Translations under genes and position numbers: made by a program
Notes under the pieces: model-generated
The model's database searches: none
The model's input: only the letters and a program-made list of their open reading frames with translations
Told to the model about the DNA's origin: nothing
DNA from: Octopus sinensis
Taxonomy: Eukaryota
Direction: 5' to 3'
DNA: 64,000 nt
Assembly (NCBI RefSeq): GCF_006345805.1
Contig: NC_043010.1
Coordinates: 53,754,001-53,818,000 of the forward strand
Part shown: positions 27,605 through 39,162 of the stretch, in pieces
Layout of the letters: the number at the start of each line of letters is the position of its first letter
Numbering within the stretch: the stretch's first letter is position 1

Positions 27605-27979
27605 TTACCTAAAACCTGTCTGTAGTATTTTGTTCAACCCCTATATAAACGCACACACAGTAATCATATACAGTAAGCAACGCCACATAAGTTTGTCGTT
27701 TACAAAATTTCATACACTCGCAAGCTACCAAGCGTAAAAATACACCCTGACACAATCATCTACACATTTTTTAACACCAGTTTTCTAAATTCATTTCATA
27801 GAATGCTATTTTACGCTAGTTCACAGCTTTTCATCCGTTGTCGTGTTTTCCCATATTTTGTTCGCACAAACTATCTTTGTATATTTCCCTCTCTCTCTGT
27901 TTCATCTTTCGCCACTTTTCCTCCTGACAATAGACTTATACCCGAAGCGTCAGTGTTACTCATCTCTATCTCTTCAGAC

Positions 27980-28407
27980 TTATTCTTTTATTCTCTTTCT
28001 TGTTTTAGTCTGCGGCAATGCTGGAGCATCGCCTTAAAGGGTTTTTTTCTTCCCTTTTAGCGTAACAAATATACCCTAGAACTCGTTTCGTAAGCCTAGT
28101 ACTTATTTCATCTATTGTTTTTTGCCGAACCGCTAAGTTATGGGGACGTAAACACTCCTTGAGAAGCTGTCTAGCGGTAATTGAGAGACAAACCCACACG
28201 CAGATATATGTATATACACACACACACTCACATATATATATATATATGTATACACAACGGACTTATTTCAATTTTCGTCTACCAAATCAACTCACAAGGC
28301 TTTGGTCGGTCCAAGGCTATATTAAAAACACTTCCCCCCAAGTTGACACGCAGTGGATCGAACCCGGAACCATGTAACTGGAAAGCATGCTTCCTACCAC
28401 ACAGCCA
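27980..28407 (-). mobile_element. SINE family C
   Basis: Matches the 48124-48520 consensus in reverse and carries the internal microsatellite. Confidence 0.8.
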
Positions 28408-29822
28408 CGAACACATTATATATTTCATTGCTTCACATTTTAGTTCTGTATTTGTCATTCAACAATTATATTGCATTTTTATTTTAATTTTGCTTTCTAT
28501 AATCTAATTCGTTCAAAGTTTCTATATTAGTTGGAATCTGGAAAATACTGAATATTATTAAGAAATGACCAAAGAAACATTAAAACGAAATCAAAAGAAT
28601 ATTCTGTGAAATATGAAGACAATGTAAATTAATTATAAAAACGTCACTTTGTGCAAAATGGAAATTATAAAAACGAGAATAATTCACTATAAATCTATTA
28701 TTGGCAGCCGAAGGATTATGTCTTAAGTACGTGTCGGAATCTGAATCCGATTCTAATGAGTGGATTAATGACATTACGATGATGTGATATTTCTCTGACT
28801 TCTGAGCGTTAAATTGGCTTTCTCTGTTATGTATCAGTGTGTACGATTAATTTGAGATCATTGAAGAGGATTACACTACACAATAACATCAAATGTCTTG
28901 TGGGAAAAACATATCATTTACGGAGATACTATTTTCAGATGAGCGGATCCTAGAGGCTCTGTACTACCTTCCGAAGTTGCTAGAAAGTTCAGCCACTTGT
29001 CCTTCATTCCGCATTTCTTTCCATGTTAGAAAATGGGTTACGTTATATAATGTGATCATAGGGAACATATTAAAGTGAATCATGGTTGAAAGTTTTCTGC
29101 CCAGTCAAGTTTTTCATTCATCAAACGGTAAAATTGGTTTAGATACCAAAATCTCAGTCCAGTGCAATGGAAGAGCAAAATAATCAGAGCGACGGACAGG
29201 ATATTTTGTGTGATTTTATTTGACTGTGTTCAAATGCAAACACGCTCTTATTGAACTATCAGAACGTTTGCCGTTATTCGGAAGCAGTATTCTGATTTCG
29301 GGATACTTTTATTCACTAAAATTCTTTCTCAACGCCTTTAAAATCTGCAACATTAATAAATAAATTCATAAATACATTTGCAGACTGCTTTTTTAAAGGG
29401 GAAATCAGGGAGAATATGCAGATATTAGAAATGAATGTCGACAAGAAACATACTCAGCATTTCAATACACGTCGTATCTAATGTGGTGAGCTGGTAGAAT
29501 CGTTAACACACCGGGCGAAATGCTCAGCGGGCATGTCACTGTCTTTAGGTTCTGAGGTGAAATTCCGAAGAGGTCGCCTTTGCTTTTCGTTCGTTCGGGG
29601 TCGACAACATGATTACTAGCTGAGTACTTAGGTCGACGTAATTAATTTACTCCCTCCCTTAATATTGCCGGCCTTCAGTCATCATTTGAAACTACTATGT
29701 GAGGTATCTTATCTTTTAAATTATACGCATTTCAGTGATTGTACTACGGCCATACTTGTTGGACAGCCTTAATTTGTTGACAACATCGGTATATATTTAA
29801 TTGATGTCATTTTACGAACCGC

Positions 29823-29989
29823 CACGCTTTTGGAGGATGAATAAACCTACACCTGCTTTCAAGAGGTGAGGTGGAGAAACACAAATAAAAAGATACCTGT
29901 GTGCGCACAAACACACACATACATGTACTCGCATGCACACATACACACTCCTGCATGCAACTCTCTGAGTATCCCTGTCTTTCTGTGTG

Positions 29990-30026
<37 letters not shown>

Positions 30027-30041
30027 ATATACATGTATATA

Positions 30042-30089
<48 letters not shown>

Positions 30090-30320
30090 ACATATAACAT
30101 ATAAGTTATATATATATATGATACATGTATATATACATAGATTGATAGATAGATAGACACACAGACAGGGATACTCAGAGAGTTGCATGCAGGAGTGTGT
30201 ATGTGTGCATGCGAGTACACGTATGTGTGTGTTTGTGCGCACACAGGTATCTTTTTATTTGTGTTTCTCCACCCCACCTCTTGAAAGCGGGTGTAGGTTT
30301 GTTCATCCTCCAAAAGCGTG
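29823..30320. repeat. ~500-bp palindrome (inverted duplication) abutting a LINE 5' junction
   Basis: cacgcttttggaggatga...gagtatccctgtc is mirrored by gacagggatactc...tcatcctccaaaagcgtg, with a few substitutions and a (TA)n centre. Confidence 0.92.
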
Positions 30321-30747
30321 TTATATGGTAGTGAAACATGGGCTACCACAAAGAGAGAAGAGAAAAGACTGGTAACGGCTCAAAGAGCCATGGAAAGGTC
30401 AATGCTTAGTATCTCGTTGAGAGAGCACATAAGTAGCAAGATCATCAGAAAGAAGTCCGGCGTGAGAGATGTCATCGCAGAGTATACACGCAGCAAGTAT
30501 AGATGGGCTGGACACGTCGCCCGGCTCACCGATAATCGGTGGACGCACGCAGTTACCAAGTGGTAGCCGCGTGAGCGGAAAAGACCACCCGGAAGACCTC
30601 CACGACGGTGGAGTTACGATTTCAGGAGGACGATTGGGATCACGTGGATGAGAAAGGCGCGATCCAGAGAGGAGTGGACAGCGTGCTGTGACCAACGGTG
30701 TCAAATAGACGCCTCACGGACTGGTTGGTCAACGTGATCAAGGTGAT
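30319..30747 (+). mobile_element. 5'-truncated RTE LINE 3' end
   Basis: LYGSETWATTKREEKRLVTAQRAMERSML...RWAGHVARLTDNRWT...W*PRERKRPPGRPPRRW. Confidence 0.92.
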
Positions 30748-30751
30748 ATAT

Positions 30752-30782
<31 letters not shown>

Positions 30783-31187
30783 GTATGTATATATATATAT
30801 ATATGTAAATGTTTTTTTTAAATTTTCTCCTGTTTACGGAATTGATCTTTATTTGCGGTTGAAGCTTTGGCTGTTATTTCTAGTGGGTGAATGGCCTATT
30901 ATGGCCGTTCCTTGATTGTTGATGTTGAACTTAAAATGGTCTATGACTATTTAATTTTTTCCCACTAGGCCGCTGGTGGCAAAAAGAATTCTACAAAATT
31001 TTTTTCACCACCCTATATTGATTAATTATGAATTTTCTGGTTAATTCCGTAATGGAATCGACGGCTTATATTTATTTGCTTGCTGCCGATAAATTTGGCG
31101 CGAGTGCGACGATTTGAAAATTTTAGGTCAGATATTGCCTTGGCAGTGTCGGAAATGCCTCGTGAAAATATCTGTTCCGACTTGGCT

Positions 31188-31294
31188 ATTTCTTGCTGAA
31201 GAATCTGAGGGCCTATGGAAGATTGGCTTGATTTAATTTAATCAGGTTAGTTTACCATTAAACAGCAGACGAAACGGTGCATCGTACAAGAAAT
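31188..31294 (+). ncRNA. Type I hammerhead ribozyme, copy 1 (predicted cleavage after GUA, A31286)
   Basis: Stem I ATTTCTTG/CAAGAAAT; CTGAAGA at 31196-31202; stem II TCTG/CAGA (A.C at 10.1/11.1) with a long apical extension; GAAA at 31271-31274; stem III CGG-TGCA-TCG; UA. Confidence 0.88.
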
Positions 31295-31678
31295 TACAGG
31301 GTAAATGTTTTTTTAAATTTTCTCCTGTTTACGGAATTGATCTTTATTTGCGGTTGAAGCTTTGGCTGTTATTTCTAGTGGGTGAATGGCCTATTATGGC
31401 CGTTCCTTGATTGTTGATGTTGAACTTAAAATGGTCTATGACTATTTAATTTTTTCCCACTAGGCCGCTGGTGGCAAAAAGAATTCTACAAAATTTTTTT
31501 CACCACCCTATATTGATTAATTATGAATTTTCTGGTTAATTCCGTAATGGAATCGACGGCTTATATTTATTTGCTGCCGATAAATTTGGCGCGAGTGCGA
31601 CGATTTGAAAATTTTAGGTCAGATATTGCCTTGGCAGTGTCGGAAATGCCTCGTGAAAATATCTGTTCCGACTTGGCT

Positions 31679-31785
31679 ATTTCTTGCTGAAGAATCTGAG
31701 GGCCTATGGAAGATTGGCTTGATTTAATTTAATCAGGTTAGTTTACCATTAAACAGCAGACGAAACGGTGCATCGTACAAGAAAT
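31679..31785 (+). ncRNA. Type I hammerhead ribozyme, copy 2 (predicted cleavage after A31777)
   Basis: Identical in sequence to copy 1, 491 nt downstream. Confidence 0.88.
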
Positions 31786-31905
31786 TACAGGGTAAATGTT
31801 TTTTTAAATTTTCTCCTGTTTACGGAATTGATCTTTATTTGCGGTTGAAGCTTTGGCTGTTATTTCTAGTGGGTGAATGGCCTATTATGGCCGTTCCTTG
31901 ATTGT

Positions 31906-31959
<54 letters not shown>

Positions 31960-32014
31960 GTATATATATATGTATAGATATATGTATCTATATATGTATG
32001 TATATATGTATGTA

Positions 32015-32060
<46 letters not shown>

Positions 32061-32892
32061 GTATGTATGTATGTATGTATGTATGTATGAGGGTACATGG
32101 CTTAATGTTTAGTGTGTTGCATTCACAACCGCTAGATCGTGAGTTTAATTCCTGGATCGGGTGGTGTGTTGAGTTCTTGAGCAAGACACTTCATCCCACG
32201 TTGCTCTGTGATCACACCTCTCACGTGACGCAGAAAGTGAGCTAATGTGCGGCACGAACAATATGTGTGTGTGGGGGTGGGGTATACACGACAAGCTTTC
32301 ACACACTTTCTGTAAACCAAACTCACTTACAAGTCATTATTCGGTCTAGGGCTATAATAGAAAGACCACGTTGCCTCTAAGTGGGACTGAACCCTTAAAG
32401 CCGTTGAAGCAGCCTTCTCCAAAACCGTATTCAATGCGACAAATTTAAAATTTAAAATCACCAAAGAAACTTCAACTATCAGAAAGAGAATTGGTTAGTC
32501 ACATACCACACAACCAGATTTATATTTAGATTATTTTCACAAATTCAATTAGAAAGTGATGAATGGGAAAGCGATAGCGTAAAAAGGAAGAAAACGTTTC
32601 CAAGGAATTTTCAACCAATGACAGAACAACGAATTTAATGAAGAATGTAAAACTAAAAACAAAACGCTTGAATAATGTCTTTGAAATCGATTACCCGGAT
32701 GCATCCGTGCGTCGCCTTAGTGAACACACTGAATGTAACATATGCCCGAATTGGCTCCTCTGTATTGGTGAAAACACACTTGTTGAAACAGACGGGGTCA
32801 TATATACACACATTCACAAGTGTGCAACGCAGGTATGTATACATATGCATACATACATACATACATACATACATACATACACACACCACACT

Positions 32893-32964
<72 letters not shown>

Positions 32965-33179
32965 CTTGTGTAGCTGATATTTATAGAAAAACAAAAGACG
33001 AAGACCGGTGTATGAACGACAAGCAAGTGCATTATTTTGACGCTAGGGAAACAAAAAAAGTCTCGAACCTAGGCCCGTCAACAGCAAGGAATATGCGAAA
33101 ATTAACTTATAGATTTCAGCAGTCCAGAATGGCGTGTATATATATATATATATATAATATATATATATATATAATATAT

Positions 33180-33565
33180 GGTAGATGTGGGACCTGCAGC
33201 ACCCCACCTACAAATACATAGAGAGCAACAGAGAGATAAGATTTAAAAATGGTGTCATATTCAAAGTAAATGCAGATATGAACTGCAAGACGCAGAACGT
33301 CATATACTGCATAACCTGCCCCACATGCAAGGAGAATTACGTAGGAGAAACTGGTAATTCTTTGTGCCAGCGAGCCAGGATCCACCGACAACATATTCGG
33401 CAGGAAGAACTACGCAAAATACCACTAAGCACACACCTAGCTACATGTGGAGAAGGAAAATTTAAGATATTTCCCTTCTACAAGTGTCCGAAGAATGACA
33501 CCCCCTTCAGGAGGAATATGGAAAAACATTTCATAGCTAAGTTCTCCCCCCAATTAAATGGCTGA
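33180..33565 (+). pseudogene. Penelope-like element GIY-YIG endonuclease fragment (5'-truncated at (TA)n)
   Basis: RCGTC cysteine linker (frameshifted), then MNCKTQNVIYCITCPTCKENYVGETG...R...H..H...E..FI..F.P.LN*. Confidence 0.92.
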
Positions 33566-34199
33566 AACTTTACTCACATACATTGAAGGAAAAATCTGTG
33601 TGTGTGTAGATGTGTGTATTGCCTGTTATATACATCATATTATATTATTATCTTTATAATTCACTTCCATCTTTACCCTTTAATTGTCACTTTAGTTTTA
33701 ACTTTCCTATGACATACAACTTTCAAGATGGTATAATTTGGTTGTTCATTTTGAACCGATAAAAAGGTTTTTTTCAAATATTTTATGTATAAGTCTGTGT
33801 GTGTGTTATATATATGTGTTGGTATAAATATCAACACACAAAAATATTTTTTCTTCTCCACTTCCTCCCTTATTTTTATTTTTATTTTTATTTTTATTTT
33901 TTTTTATTTTTTATTCTTTATATTTTTATTTATTCTTTATATTTTTTTATTTTATAAAACCACAGGGGGTCCAGCAGACCAACGGAAATAACACAGTTAT
34001 GTACCCATGCGAAGACTTCCTCACTTAAAGGTGGCGCTCCAGCATAGTCAAACGACAGAAACATATAAAAGAATAAAAGGCTATGTATACATATATACAT
34101 ACATACATATATATATATATGTATATGTATATATCAACACACACACACGCACACATATATTATCCGACTATATATATATGTATATATATAACCGAGTTT

Positions 34200-34900
34200 T
34201 TATGATTATCCTCTAGAGATGATCGAGCAACTTCTCTGTTCGAGACTTCACTGAACTCCAAAAGCATGCGTACTCCATCGTTGAAATTTTCGCAAATTTT
34301 ACCGACCGAGCATAGCACTTCCTTCTCCACTCTCAGTTTCCTTTTTAAGTGAAATATTAAGAAGTCAATGAGAGCTCTACCAAAAAGGAATACGTCTGCC
34401 CTCATGGTTTTCAGACTTGTCCACTAAACAACCGCTTTTGCCAAAGCCACCAGAAAAAGGAAAACTGCTTTTTCTGCCCCAAATGAAGGAGTACGGCGGG
34501 GCGATAATCACTACAGACTCGGCCAACAGACGGATCCGTTCCACATCTGTTCGATATAACCCCCCACAAAGCAGCAATGCCCGGACACAGAACGAGGACG
34601 TGCAGAACGGTTCCGTCACTCTGCGCGCACCTCGCATAATCCCATCTGACAGCACATCCATGCCTGTAGAGTTTATCCCGAACCGGCAGTGACGCTCAGT
34701 CGCACTGCCAGGCCAAAGACATCTGGAAATTATCCATGATGGTTCCCGACCGGAAAGTCTACCGGAAGAGACTGACCTATTCGTTTCCGTCGGCTCCCAG
34801 AGACTCCCCGAGAACATCGTTGCACTTCCCTACCACCAGTCCTCTATAAATTTCTAAACAGAACACCACCGATCCCATTGCCCGATTGGTAGAGGACTGA
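34200..34900 (-). pseudogene. Tx1/L1-clade LINE ORF2 C-terminal (zf-RVT) remnant
   Basis: The minus frame reads IYRGLVVGKC...DNFQMSLAWQC..SLPVRDKLYRHG...ARCAQSDGTVLHVLVLCPGIAALW...GRALIDFLIFHLKRKLRVEK, with stops. Confidence 0.85.
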
Positions 34901-34948
34901 GAGCACTTGATGGCATTGTAAATAAATGAATAAATAAAAAAATAAATA

Positions 34949-35002
<54 letters not shown>

Positions 35003-35232
35003 TGATAATGATAATAATAATAATAATCACTCAGCTGTAGAAATGAGTTGCGACGTCACAGGTGCCAAGCTGTATCGGCCCTTGCCTTTCCCTTGGACAA
35101 CATCGGTGACGTGGAGAGGGGAGGCCGGTATGCATGGGCGACTGCTGGTCTTCCATAAAACAACCTTGCCCAGAGGGTATCTCTCTAGGTGCAAACCCAT
35201 GGTCAGTGCCTGACCGAAGGGGGTCTTTTTAA

Positions 35233-35263
<31 letters not shown>

Positions 35264-35271
35264 TAATAATA

Positions 35272-35327
<56 letters not shown>

Positions 35328-35335
35328 ATAATAAA

Positions 35336-35413
<78 letters not shown>

Positions 35414-35706
35414 ACTAATAATAATAATAATAATAAGAAGAAGAAGAAGAAGAGAAGAATATATTTGTTTATTAGCCACACAGGGTTGAACACGGAGGGG
35501 ACAACTTATAAAGTAGAATTTTTCTTTTTCGGGAGAAAAAAAAAGAAAGAGGAGAAGAATAGAAATGGTAGGAACAACAATAAAAATACGAATAACTACA
35601 ACAACAACAAACAGTATAACAATATTATAATTGTTCCGCTAATACGAACACAGTCTGTTCGTTGACGTCATTATCATTCGAGAAGGCGACACTTTTATAT
35701 ATATAT

Positions 35707-35743
<37 letters not shown>

Positions 35744-36959
35744 GATATACATACATAAAAATATATATATACACATACACGCACACTCACGCACGGACGC
35801 ACGCACGCACAAACACACACACGGAAACACACGTACTCGCACATACATATGAAGCAACTTTGTCAACACAAAAATGTTGCTATGTTGAAAGTTCAGCTGA
35901 TTAAATTTTGTAATTTGTCATGTTGGTCTTCGTGTATTTTTTTTTTGTTGTTTTCTGCTGTCTTTATGATTTACAGAACTTACTTACATAGCGTTGCACA
36001 TTTACCGACACACATAAATACATACATACAACTATACATATATACGTACATACATACATAGGAATATACATACGTATATACCTATACCTATATAGAAACA
36101 TGCACGCACGCACGCTCGCACTCTGTCTCACACACACATATATATTGCTATAGAATTAAACATTTAGCAGCAAATAAACACGAACAATGAAAAACGGGCG
36201 CAACTAAGACGCAGATCCCGACCAACACAGTCCCCCCTCCATCCATTTGGCCATCTATTCATCCATCAATCTATCCATTCATCCAAATATACATACATAG
36301 TTACATACATATAAACAGACTATTTTCTGCTGAGGACACCTAATAAAACTGAAGCATATCTGTAACTGTCATCTTGCTGGTTCACAAAGATTAAAATTTG
36401 CCCTAAAGCACGAAAATTTCAGTTACAGTGAAATTAATTTCTACTTTCTTGAAATTATCTCTTTCTTTCAGCGTCACCTAGTAGTGATTCTTGTTTTTTA
36501 TCTTTTCACCAAAGAAGGAACAATTTTCTTAAAATTTATTACGTGTTCTTCCTTTCGTTTTTTTTTATTTTTTTGTATTTGGCATACGCCATTTACTATA
36601 ATGAAACCTGAATGAAAGATACACATTCTTATTAATAGCCCACTTTAATTATTTCCCCCGGAGAACATTTTGTAATTGGACAATTTATTCTGTTCCTGTT
36701 TCTATCAAATTCATTTTTAGTTGTGAATAAACCTCTTTATTTCTCTGATTAAGATATGAATGTGATAACTATTCTGCGCATTTACTCAATGGAACACTGA
36801 AACTGGCTAATATCTATTATCTCCCTTGATAAAAATGTCAAATAGCTTCATGTGCCAAAAAGCAATATTGGTCAGAATTCGTGTGTTCAAACTAATGTCA
36901 AATTATATGGGAAGTTATTTGTATTTGTCTATACACACACACACACACGCACATACGTG

Positions 36960-37021
<62 letters not shown>

Positions 37022-37023
<2 letters not shown>

Positions 37024-37240
37024 CTTTTAGTATGTGACCTCGTCTGTATCACTAGCGATTTTTTTCCCCTCTGTCTTCCCTTCTCGGGATCTTTCCTTCT
37101 CCTATGTTTCCGACGAAGAGCTCCGCTCGAAACGTCAAACCCTCCTTCTTCCCTTCTTTCTTGAGCATCCAATAATACTTTATTTGTTCCACGTCCTCAG
37201 GTTGTTGTATTTTTGTTTTCTTGTTTGGATTAACATTAAC
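37022..37240 (+). mobile_element. TA-flanked PLE terminal-repeat-like element
   Basis: Bounded by (TA)n, with relatives at ~40365-40465 (+) and 55984-56133 (-). Contains a minimal hammerhead. Confidence 0.7.
37106..37140 (+). ncRNA. Minimal hammerhead motif (core U4 changed to C)
   Basis: GTTT-CCGACGA-A-GAGC.TCC.GCTC-GAAAC-GTC-AAAC. The sister copy at 56072-56094 (-) has the canonical CTGAAGA. Confidence 0.65.
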
Positions 37241-37242
37241 TA

Positions 37243-37289
<47 letters not shown>

Positions 37290-37363
37290 TATATATATAT
37301 TAGACCGAATTAGGTTAGAAATCCAAGGCTGTGAGGAGTTTTCAAGTCATTTATAAGGAAATA

Positions 37364-37411
37364 GTCTTACAGCTTTTTCTGGGATATTATGGATATCCCT
37401 TCGTCAGAGAC
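37364..37411 (-). ncRNA. Minimal type I hammerhead ribozyme near the end of a ~0.9-kb element (~37302-38220)
   Basis: Minus strand: GTCT-CTGACGA-A-GGGATAT.CCATA.ATATCCC-A-GAAA-A.AGCT.G-TA-AGAC, with one mismatch in stem III. Confidence 0.75.
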
Positions 37412-38518
37412 GGGTGTGAGTAAATATATGAGTTCGAATTAGTGTAGAAAAGGAGGAGATAGGGAATATAGAGGGAAATAAGAGAATGAAAGTAGAAATA
37501 AGATGTATAAAGATATTGTAGTTGCAGTTCCATTATTCGAGGAAAATGGTGTATAGAAGTGGTAAACATGTTTCTTGTACATGGTTTGTAAGATCCAATA
37601 GCAGTTCATGTTCAGTCATTTCAAAGCATGGAGCCGTGGAATCGGTGTTGCTCGTTCGAAAGTGTTTTGTGGTGTTAATAAAAATTTGAGAATGTATTGG
37701 TCGTATTCATGGATAGATGGAGGGCGACAGGAGAGATGTGTATGATTAGAAAGAGGAGATAGGTCAAATTTAAAACAGGAAGAGAAAATGAGAGGAAGAA
37801 AGAGAGAAAAAAGAAAAAAAAGGGAAAAGGAGACAAAAAGACGAAGAGTGAAGAAAAGAAAAAAGAAAAGAGAAGAAAGGGTGGAGGAAGTGAGAAAGGG
37901 AGTGTTAGTTGGTGGTCAAGATAACGTAATGGGAAGATGGGAGATGTGTGGGGTGGGGATAGGAAGAGATGAGGGGATAAGGACTAAATGAATGTAAGAT
38001 ATGTGAGTAGGGGTTATATGACAGAGTCGCATTAAGGGATGGGTAGAGAAAAGGTAGAGAAAAGTTATGGGTAGGGTGATAACGAAGTGAGTAGTAGTTT
38101 TGGTTGTAAAATTTGAGGTAGAGTGAAGAATACAAAGATGTCAAATTACTATAGATAGACGTATCTTATAGGTTAGCGTTATGAAGGAATAGGAAAGGAG
38201 GAAAGAATGTATAATATCATACCTACGCATGCGCTCACATACATATATATATATATTTGCGAATATGTATACATATACGATCACACATAAGTATAGACAT
38301 ATACATACGCCTATACATACACACACGTATATACACGTGCATGCTCACGCGCATCCGTAAATATATTCATACACGAATATGTGTGCGCATACATGTATAT
38401 ATACATGCACATTCACATACGTGCGCGCAGTTGCACACGCATTTAGTCGCATGCATGCGTGCATACTGTACTTACGTATATATGTATATACATATATACA
38501 CATTCATTCATATATACT

Positions 38519-38559
<41 letters not shown>

Positions 38560-38752
38560 ATATATGCAAGCACACATACATACGTATACACAAATATCCA
38601 CGGATTTACAGTGTAGATGAACGTTAACTTGGGAAACTACTAAAACATTACTTGGAGTTTTAATCTAAGTAATATCGTCAACCTGGTGTGCCTACGGAGA
38701 GTTAAGATAGTATTCTGCCCAGATTGATAATCCCTCACTCTTTGTTGTCGGT

Positions 38753-39162
38753 CTCTTTTACTCATTTACTTGTTTCAGTCCTCTGACTGTGGCCATGCTG
38801 GAGCACCGCCTTTAGTCGAGCAAATCGACCCCAGGACTTATTATCTGTGAGCCTAATACTTATTCTATCGGTCTCTTTTGCGAAACCGCTAAGTGACGGG
38901 GACTTAAACACACCAGCATCAGTTGTCAAGCGATGTTGGGGGGACAAATACAGACACACAAACATATATACACACACATACATATTTATATATATACAAA
39001 TATACGACGGGCTTCTTTCAGTTTCCGTCTACCAAATCCACTCACAAGTCTTTGGTCGGCCCGAGGCTATAGTAGAAGACACTTGCCCAAGGTGCCATGC
39101 AGTGGGACTGAACTCGGAACCATGTGATTCGTAAGCAAGCTACTTACCACACAGCCACTCCT
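38753..39162 (-). mobile_element. SINE family C, full length
   Basis: tRNA-like head, CORE-like accttgggcaagt, internal (TA/TG)n and a gtaaaaga-type tail. Confidence 0.9.

Larger units (their letters stand above)
30805..31909 (+). mobile_element. Retrozyme-like tandem array: ~2.2 copies of a 491-496-nt hammerhead-containing unit, inserted in (TA)n
   Basis: Units start at 30805, 31301 and 31792 and appear to differ only by one T and a 4-nt duplication. There is no ORF, each full unit has a complete hammerhead, and (TA)n lies on both sides. Confidence 0.85.

Noticed and set aside
31125-31186. HDV-like ribozyme
   Set aside because: The pseudoknot order fits in part, but P3, P1.1, P4 and the catalytic J4/2 strand are absent.
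30805-31909. CRISPR-like or coding interpretation of the tandem array
   Set aside because: The units are whole near-identical copies with no spacers and no ORF of 60 aa or more.
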